Made by a program: the position numbers and the translations under genes. From Oscillospiraceae bacterium (GTDB lineage Bacteria; Bacillota; Clostridia; Oscillospirales; Ruminococcaceae), in assembly GCA_018110925.1 (NCBI GenBank), contig JAGAZJ010000027.1, forward strand, positions 37,426 through 101,425: DNA of 64,000 nucleotides, written 5' to 3'. Under the pieces are notes generated by a model. That model was not told the origin of the DNA. It searched no databases and saw only the letters and a program-made list of their open reading frames with translations. Of the stretch, positions 57,905-64,000 are shown piece by piece. Every line of letters starts with the position of its first letter. The first letter of the stretch is position 1.

Positions 57905-58528
57905 TCACAGATCCTGTTTCTTATCGCCGCCGTCAGAGCCATCACCCTCGACGAGCTCCGTTATAGCCGCCATTATCCTTGCTTTAGCGGCGTTGAGCGC
58001 CTTGCGGTCGCCTTCCGGCACGGCGATCTCTTCGGGCTGTATGGGCTTGCCCACACGCAATATCAGCTTCGTTCTGAATTTCAGCTTCGGGCCTTCAAAG
58101 ACTATGCCCATGGGCAGTACCACGGCTCCCGACTTTGCGGCTATATAGGCAACTCCCGTCTTGCCCCTGCCCACCTTGTTCTCTTTCTGGCGTGTGCCCT
58201 CGGGGAATATGACCACGTTGTTGCCGTCGTTTATCCTGTCAACGCAGTCGTTTATGACCTGCATATCCCCTGCGCCTCTCCTGATAGGGAATGCGCCGAG
58301 CCCCCTTATGAATGCGGCAAAGAGCTTGTTCTTGAAAAGCTCCTCCTTTGCCATATACTTCACGGGACGGCGCACAGGCATCGTCACCAGCACGGGATCG
58401 GCATAGCTGCGGTGATTGCAGGCGATAAGGAGCCCCTCCTTTTCGGGAACGTTCTCCTTGCCCTCTATCCTGAAATCATACCAAAGATGATAACAGCCTA
58501 TAACGATATATCTGACCAACGCATTCAT
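57905..58528 (-). CDS. plsC: 1-acyl-sn-glycerol-3-phosphate acyltransferase
   Basis: NHRSYAD, MAKEELF, IFPEGTR. Confidence 0.92.
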   Translation of the reverse strand: MNALVRYIVIGCYHLWYDFRIEGKENVPEKEGLLIACNHRSYADPVLVTMPVRRPVKYMAKEELFKNKLFAAFIRGLGAFPIRRGAGDMQVINDCVDRINDGNNVVIFPEGTRQKENKVGRGKTGVAYIAAKSGAVVLPMGIVFEGPKLKFRTKLILRVGKPIQPEEIAVPEGDRKALNAAKARIMAAITELVEGDGSDGGDKKQDL

Positions 58529-58542
58529 ACAAACACCTGCTT

Positions 58543-59211
58543 TCAGCTTTTTGTCTTTATCAGAGCGCAGACCGCATCGACAGACTCTTCAAGGCTCATA
58601 TCCCCTGTATCGAGCAGCACCGCATCCGGCGCCTGCCTGAGAGGGGCTGTCTGCCTGTGGGAATCGTCATAGTCACGCTTTATTATATCTTTGAGAACAT
58701 CATCATATGCCTGCGGAGTGCCTTTCTCCGCCAGCTCCTTACAGCGTCTGTCCGCACGCTTTTCCGCCGAGGCGGTGAGGAATATTTTAAGTGTCGCATC
58801 GGGCAGTACCACCGTGCCGATGTCACGGCCGTCCATGATGACATCATTCTTTGCCGCAAGCTCTCTCTGCAAGCCCAGCAGGAACTCTCTCACCGCAGGG
58901 TATGCGGATATCTTTGAGGTCGCCATTGATATCTCCGGCGTGCGTATCTTGTCGGACACATCCTCGCCGTTCACCAGCACCCTCTGTTCACCGTCAACAA
59001 ACCGCAGTTCGGGGCGCACCGAGGGAAGGAATTCCCCCACTGCCCTTTCATCGGATATATCCACGCCCTCCGACAGAGCCTTGTAAGCTATCGAGCGGTA
59101 TATAGCGCCCGTGTCGGCATATATCATGCCGAGCCTTGCCGCCGCCGCTCTCGCCGCCGTTGACTTGCCTGCCCCGGAAGGGCCGTCTATCGCAACCGTT
59201 ATATGTGACAT
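58543..59211 (-). CDS. cmk: Cytidylate kinase
   Basis: IDGPSGAGKST, DTGAIYR, MDGRDIGTVVLPDA, RDYDD. Confidence 0.96.
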   Translation of the reverse strand: MSHITVAIDGPSGAGKSTAARAAAARLGMIYADTGAIYRSIAYKALSEGVDISDERAVGEFLPSVRPELRFVDGEQRVLVNGEDVSDKIRTPEISMATSKISAYPAVREFLLGLQRELAAKNDVIMDGRDIGTVVLPDATLKIFLTASAEKRADRRCKELAEKGTPQAYDDVLKDIIKRDYDDSHRQTAPLRQAPDAVLLDTGDMSLEESVDAVCALIKTKS

Positions 59212-59227
59212 GATGATACCCCTTTCA

Positions 59228-59851
59228 TCAGTATGTTATGTCATCGAACAGCACGGGGAACCTCTCCTTGAAGCCGTCCAGCATCATGCAGGCAAGCTCT
59301 CTCATCTGAGGATGCGCCCTGCCTGCGGTGCGCAGTCTGAAAAAGTGCCGCCATTCCCTCATGTTCATCGTCATCATAAGCTCCGTCTTTACGGCATTGG
59401 GGAGCACGCCCCTTGCCTCCTCGGGCTTTGCGCCCGCTTCAATGAGGGCAAAGTAGCTCCTCTCGGCATCCGCCATGGCGTTTTTCCAGAGAGTATATCT
59501 GTCGTCGTCCTCTTCAAAATAGCAGGGCTTGATGAATGTCAGCTCCGAGCCGAACTTGTCCTTGGCATAGTTGCAGTAGCGTGTGCTCTCCTGCGAGTAG
59601 CTCGCTATCCTGTGGCGCACTATCTCATGCGTAACGCCCCTGTCGCAGATGACCCTGACGGTTATCTTCTCATGCTCGAGCACGCTCTCATGGCCGCTCT
59701 TTAGTATCATGGAGATAAAATTTGCGGCGCTGTCATCGGTTATCCTGTCCTCGCTCTTGTAGCAGACCCTGCCGCACAGCTCTATCGTGCGCAGGATAGC
59801 CTGACCGTCGGGCGAACCTATTATCTCGTATGAGGGCTTTATGATATTCAT
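59228..59851 (-). CDS. thyX: FAD-dependent thymidylate synthase
   Basis: GHESVLEH, RHRIASYSQESTRY, EEARGVLP, NMREWRHFFRLR. Confidence 0.96.
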   Translation of the reverse strand: MNIIKPSYEIIGSPDGQAILRTIELCGRVCYKSEDRITDDSAANFISMILKSGHESVLEHEKITVRVICDRGVTHEIVRHRIASYSQESTRYCNYAKDKFGSELTFIKPCYFEEDDDRYTLWKNAMADAERSYFALIEAGAKPEEARGVLPNAVKTELMMTMNMREWRHFFRLRTAGRAHPQMRELACMMLDGFKERFPVLFDDITY

Positions 59852-59855
59852 AGCC

Positions 59856-60350
59856 TTACTCCTTTTCTCTCACCATAAGTATCGGATAGCCCTGTTCATA
59901 GGGCTTTACTATCTGCGGATGCTTCTCCGCTTCGCCGAATATCCTGTCGGCAAGGCCGCTCTCCAGCTCCTCTATCAATGTATCAAGGGGCTTTTTGTAC
60001 ATCACGGGGCATATCGACGCTATGGATATCACGAGCGCACCCCCGAGCCGCATTATGCGGTACGGCCACACCTTGCAGTCAAAGGGCTTGTTCTCACCGA
60101 GGATACAGCCCTTCTGCCTGTCAAGGGCAGGGCAGAAGTACAATTCCTCTTTCTCATCCCATGTATCCTCCATGTTGAAGATATATGCGCCCGAGTCCCC
60201 CTTTGACACGAAGCGGAGCTCACTGTGCTCAGCCTCTATCCTGCCTTTCAGTTCATCGGTAATGACGGGGGTCTCCCACACGTCATACTTGTCAAATATA
60301 CAGCACAGCCTGCACTGCGCACATTCGTCCTTTGTAAGATTTTTAAGCAT
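59856..60350 (-). CDS. CxxCxxCC (YkgJ-like) zinc/Fe-S-binding protein
   Basis: CAQCRLCC...CPAL...GCIL...KPFDCKVWP; start MLKNL coupled to the upstream stop (TAATG). Confidence 0.78.
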   Translation of the reverse strand: MLKNLTKDECAQCRLCCIFDKYDVWETPVITDELKGRIEAEHSELRFVSKGDSGAYIFNMEDTWDEKEELYFCPALDRQKGCILGENKPFDCKVWPYRIMRLGGALVISIASICPVMYKKPLDTLIEELESGLADRIFGEAEKHPQIVKPYEQGYPILMVREKE

Positions 60351-61096
60351 TATTTCATAAACACGCCGACAGCGGTGATATTGTCCTTGCTCCCGTGATC
60401 CATAGCCGAGTCTATAAGACAGCGCAGACGCTTTGACAGGCGCATCGGCCATGAAAGTATCTCCTCTATCTCGCCTGCCGGCACATAGTCGGAAAGACCG
60501 TCGGAGCATATCAGCACCACATCGCCGAAGCGTATCCCTCCCTCGATCTCGGTGAGCACGGGGGTCGGATCCTCCTCCACATTGCCTATCACGGGGAATA
60601 TGATATTCCTGCCGCTGTGGCTGTTTTTCTCACGCATGGAGAGCTTCCCCTGCTCATACAGCATCTGAACGAGGGACTGGTCGGTGGATATCTGTCTGAG
60701 CCTGCCGTCACGGAAGAGGTACAGCCTTGAATCTCCTGCGTTGAGGGCATAGACCGTCTTTTCGTCAATAACGCACAGCGCACAGAGCGTTGACTGCATA
60801 TTGCCGTGCTGTGTTTTCAGCCCGACCTCACGGACCTTTCTGTGTATCTTCATGACCTTGTCGCACAGGTCAGTGCGCCTTGTGGGCCTGACGGATGACA
60901 GCAGAGTGAGGGTCGTCCTTGAAGCTATCTCGCCCGCATCCTCTCCGCCGACGCCGTCGGCAACAGCGGCTATGAACGGAGCTCTCAGCTCACACTCCGT
61001 CTGCGCATGGTCCATAACGATACCGCCCACGAGATATGAGTCCTCGTTGATATCGCAGACTGCGCCCTTATCCGTCACTCCGCAAACATAGTACAC
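60350..61096 (-). CDS. PP2C-family Ser/Thr protein phosphatase
   Basis: NEDS, AVADGVGG, NAGDSRLY, DQS, CSDGL, DNIT. Start uncertain (GTG 61096 assumed); own TTGCAA-N17-TATAAT promoter. Confidence 0.88.
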   Translation of the reverse strand: MYYVCGVTDKGAVCDINEDSYLVGGIVMDHAQTECELRAPFIAAVADGVGGEDAGEIASRTTLTLLSSVRPTRRTDLCDKVMKIHRKVREVGLKTQHGNMQSTLCALCVIDEKTVYALNAGDSRLYLFRDGRLRQISTDQSLVQMLYEQGKLSMREKNSHSGRNIIFPVIGNVEEDPTPVLTEIEGGIRFGDVVLICSDGLSDYVPAGEIEEILSWPMRLSKRLRCLIDSAMDHGSKDNITAVGVFMK

Positions 61097-61193
61097 AAAA
61101 ACACTTCCCAAATTCAGATCATAAAAATTATACCACATTCATTCGGAAATTGCAATAGTGTTGACACACAAAGCTGTGCCGCCGCTGTGACAC

Positions 61194-61219
61194 AAAAGCG
61201 GCGGATCCTCTCCGCCGCT
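61194..61219 (-). terminator. Terminator after the PrsW-like gene
   Basis: AAAAGCGGCGGA-TCCTC-TCCGCCGCT. Confidence 0.65.
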
Positions 61220-61229
61220 CGTATATTAG

Positions 61230-62549
61230 TTATAGTGTGCCTATCGAAGAACCGAGACCGTTCGGGTCTGCGGTGTTCTGCGAAATGTCTCCGCCTGCGG
61301 GCATTTCCGGCATACTCTTTATCACAGGCTGTGCAGGCGCTATACCAAAGGGATCATATCTCACGGAGGGCATCTCATCTATCTCGGAGATAAGACCGCT
61401 CAGTTCATCGGGGACTTCTCCCTCGGGATGATATATCCTTCTCGGTCTGGGCGGCTCCGGAGGAGGCGCAGGCTGTTCGGGACGAGGAGGCTGACCATAC
61501 TGCACAGGCTGACTGTACTGTGTCGGCTGACCATACGATGCAGACTGACCGTACTGTGTTGACTGACCGTATTGTGTCGGGCGGCTGTACTGCGGCGCAC
61601 CGACAGGCCTGCCGTACTGTGCAGGCTGTTCATACCTCGGCGCAGACCGGGCATACGGAGCACTGCCGTACTGAGGTGTGTTGTTCACGGGCTGACCGTA
61701 TGGTGAATTGCCATACTGAGGAGCGTTACTCACAGACTGACCGTATGGCGCAGGCTGAACGGGCGGCTGTACGGGAGCGGCAGGCTTTGAGGATAATGCA
61801 CCTGTAAGACTGTTGGGCGTATTGTCCTCGGGGAAGTCCATGCCGGATCCGATTATGGGCGTATCCAGAGCCGCAAGCTTGTTTATCTTTGCCAGTGCGA
61901 GTATGAATATCACCACAAGGAAGCCCAGGAACACAAATATCATGCCCTCGGGAGCGTGCTCAAACAGGCAGAAGTCGTATATTCCGTGAAGGAGCACGGG
62001 CACGATATACGCCAGTATCATATTCCAGATCTGACCGCCCGTCTTGCCCCTTCCCCACGCCTGTCTCGCCATGCCGTAGTAGTAGCCCATAAAGACGCCG
62101 AATATGGCGTGGCCGGGTACAGCGGTGAACGCTCTCATGAACGCAGTGCCGAGACCGCCTATGGCAACATACATGATGTTCTCCAGCGCCGCAAATCCCA
62201 GCGATGATGCGACAGCATAGACCACCGCATCATAGGTGTAGTTGAAATCCTTGGACCGCCATGTCATGAGCCTGAGAGCAACGAGCTTGCCGAGCTCCTC
62301 TGCGCACGCCACCACAAGAAAATTGCTGAGCAGTCCGTATAATATGGTGGTATCGTCTATCTCAAGAGTTTTGGTGAGTATATGTTCGCCTATGAGCTCC
62401 AGTATGATCGCGCTTATAACGGTAGCGCCGCCCGCCGCCGCTATCTTGGCTATGACCTTGGTGGGCTCTTTTTCCACCTTGTCCTTTTTCCATATATACC
62501 ACATCAGTACCAGTGCAGGTATCAGAGCGGCAAAAACAAGTATCTGCAT
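61230..62549 (-). CDS. PrsW-family intramembrane protease with a long P/Q/Y/G-rich C-terminal tail
   Basis: DKVEKEP, AEELGK, GFAALEN, PGHA and HGIYDF motifs, followed by about 200 aa of low-complexity tail. Confidence 0.88.
   Translation of the reverse strand: MQILVFAALIPALVLMWYIWKKDKVEKEPTKVIAKIAAAGGATVISAIILELIGEHILTKTLEIDDTTILYGLLSNFLVVACAEELGKLVALRLMTWRSKDFNYTYDAVVYAVASSLGFAALENIMYVAIGGLGTAFMRAFTAVPGHAIFGVFMGYYYGMARQAWGRGKTGGQIWNMILAYIVPVLLHGIYDFCLFEHAPEGMIFVFLGFLVVIFILALAKINKLAALDTPIIGSGMDFPEDNTPNSLTGALSSKPAAPVQPPVQPAPYGQSVSNAPQYGNSPYGQPVNNTPQYGSAPYARSAPRYEQPAQYGRPVGAPQYSRPTQYGQSTQYGQSASYGQPTQYSQPVQYGQPPRPEQPAPPPEPPRPRRIYHPEGEVPDELSGLISEIDEMPSVRYDPFGIAPAQPVIKSMPEMPAGGDISQNTADPNGLGSSIGTL
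61480..61760 (-). repeat. Coding (Q/P)YG(Q/S) low-complexity repeats
   Basis: PYGQSVSNAPQYGNSPYGQP...TQYGQSTQYGQSASYGQPTQYSQPVQYGQP; boundaries approximate. Confidence 0.75.
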
Positions 62550-62664
62550 CTGTATCCCCCTCTGTTTTACATAACATTACAGTGATTATACCATTTTTTA
62601 CGGGACTTGTAAATACTTTTTCAAATGTTCTAATTCATTTTTCACTGTTCTAATCTGTTTTTAA

Positions 62665-62889
62665 TCAATCCTCGCACCGCCCTGCGGTCTTGTCGTTGGT
62701 GCGGCCGAGTATATAGTCGGTGGATACCCCATAGAAGTCAGCAAGTATCAGCAGATGCTCCACAGGTATCGTCAGCAGCCCCCGCTCATAGCGTGAATAC
62801 ACTGTCTGGCTCGTGAAGAGCAGTTTTGCTATCTGTGTCTGGTTCATATCCCTGTCCTCACGGAGATCTCGCAGTCGTGGAAAATACAT
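62665..62889 (-). CDS. Small XRE-family HTH regulator
   Basis: RLRDLREDRDMNQTQIAKLL...QTVYSRYERG...LADFYGVSTDYILGRT; AAGGTGA RBS before MYFPR. Confidence 0.9.
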   Translation of the reverse strand: MYFPRLRDLREDRDMNQTQIAKLLFTSQTVYSRYERGLLTIPVEHLLILADFYGVSTDYILGRTNDKTAGRCED

Positions 62890-62932
62890 AAACGATCTCA
62901 CCTTGATTTAGTTAAAGTCTACAAATAGATTT

Positions 62933-63005
62933 TAGTACCTATCAGTACTATTGACTTTATCACAAATGTGTGATATCATTTAAACATTAGAACTTATTGG
63001 TACTA
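62933..63005 (+). promoter_or_regulatory. Promoter flanked by two TAGWAC-N6-GTACTA palindromes, with a TATCACA-N4-TGTGATA palindrome spanning the spacer
   Basis: TAGTAC-CTATCA-GTACTA 62933-62950, TTGACT 62951, TATCAT 62974, TAGAAC-TTATTG-GTACTA 62988-63005. Confidence 0.6.
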
Positions 63006-63081
63006 TAAAATCACAGATGACCTAAAGCGAGTTAATCATTTTGTATAAGAGATTTCATACAAACTGCGGAGGTGCATATAT

Positions 63082-63876
63082 ATGACCTATGAAGAAAAGA
63101 AGGCTGCATATCTAGACCTTGTGACAGAGATCAGAAACGGTGAACGGCTTTCAGAGTGCAATTCATCCAGTGTATCCTTTGAAGCGTGCAAAAAGTGTGA
63201 AGAGATAAACCTTTGGACATACTGGCAGGGCGGAATCGACTGCCTTGATGCAGAAATTGTGCTCATGGGTCAGGATTGGGGGACATATGACCAACAACTG
63301 ATTGACGAGTGGATACCCTATTTTGAAAACAGACGTAAGCTCTCACCCGAAAAGTATCCTCATCCAAAAGTATACTCTAAAGCAGATACTGATTACAGAT
63401 TAGTTCAGTTGTTCAAAAGCATTGACCCAAAACTTGATATACAGCATAAAATATACCATAACCTTTTCTTTACTAATTTCATTCTCTATTACCGCAGTCC
63501 GTCTTCTGAAAACAGCCAGAGCGGCGGAAACATTAATCCTGCCATGAGAATATTCTCACATTACAACGCTCGACTGATGGAGATAATTGAACCCAAAGTT
63601 GTCATTTGTCTTGGTAGGAGCACATTTGACAGCACAATGAAAGCTTTGGGATATACCCCACCAAAGGGAAACTATAACACACTTATCGAACATGGTGAAC
63701 TTGAAATTAAAATAGCTCAAAACAAATGTGTCGTTTTCCCTGTTGCACATCCTGGCGGTCTTGGTGTTGCAAACCGCAACAGAGGCAAAACCTACAATGA
63801 TCCGCTTGACATTCAGAGACAAGACTGGAACAAGATAGGTATATACCTGAAAAAACATGAAATATCTATCATATGA
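63082..63876 (+). CDS. Uracil-DNA glycosylase superfamily protein (atypical)
   Basis: IVLMGQDWG (motif-A-like), LFFTNFILYYR, IIEPKVVICLG, FPVAHPG (motif-B-like); GGAGG RBS; AT-richer than its neighbours. Confidence 0.8.
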   Translation: MTYEEKKAAYLDLVTEIRNGERLSECNSSSVSFEACKKCEEINLWTYWQGGIDCLDAEIVLMGQDWGTYDQQLIDEWIPYFENRRKLSPEKYPHPKVYSKADTDYRLVQLFKSIDPKLDIQHKIYHNLFFTNFILYYRSPSSENSQSGGNINPAMRIFSHYNARLMEIIEPKVVICLGRSTFDSTMKALGYTPPKGNYNTLIEHGELEIKIAQNKCVVFPVAHPGGLGVANRNRGKTYNDPLDIQRQDWNKIGIYLKKHEISII

Positions 63877-63879
63877 AGC

Positions 63880-63910
63880 GCCCCCTGCACGGATGTGCAG
63901 GGGCATTTTT
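63880..63910 (+). terminator. Intrinsic terminator
   Basis: GCCCCCTGCAC-GGAT-GTGCAGGGGC-ATTTTT. Confidence 0.8.
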
Positions 63911-64000
63911 ACTATAAGGCCTGTTAATTGTGTGGTAATTTCGTAAATTTTATCCAATTGAAATATGTGTATAACTGTGCTATAATCTAAATGTTGCATT

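Noticed and set aside
60351-60509. N-terminal extension of the 217-aa ORF 59856-60509
   Set aside because: Overlaps the PP2C gene; the coupled ATG at 60350 is the more plausible start.

Overview
A 64-kb chromosomal segment from a Ruminococcus/Oscillospiraceae-like anaerobic Firmicute (inferred from gene content, SigA-type promoters and frequent ATA Ile codons). It is mostly housekeeping: a complete arginine pathway interleaved with seven non-arg genes, ilvE, lysA, nspC, lon-engB, pyrB fused to a PyrI-like Zn domain, an EF-G paralog, thyX-cmk-plsC and tmcAL. Accessory modules: an EAL phosphodiesterase with a beta-helix tail, an NHLP-type peptide export trio with no precursor or maturase, a PhoPR-like/Ca:Na antiporter/Na:Pi cluster, a TetR-ABC exporter, a GH130 and a GH74 lipoprotein paired with a stand-alone membrane-anchored CBM65-like protein, an AT-richer C5-MTase plus PLD-nuclease island with no helicase partner, and an XRE gene divergent from a UDG-superfamily glycosylase. 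Non-coding features read directly from the DNA: two copies of a 106/126-bp palindromic MITE-like repeat with BOX-like termini (one supplies a gene's stop codon), a tandem duplicated alternative-sigma-like promoter before a secreted SGVYYD-repeat protein, 11-bp-phased OmpR-type boxes at two promoters, and several operators. No rRNA, tRNA, CRISPR array or transposase was seen. All family calls come from motif recognition, not database searches.
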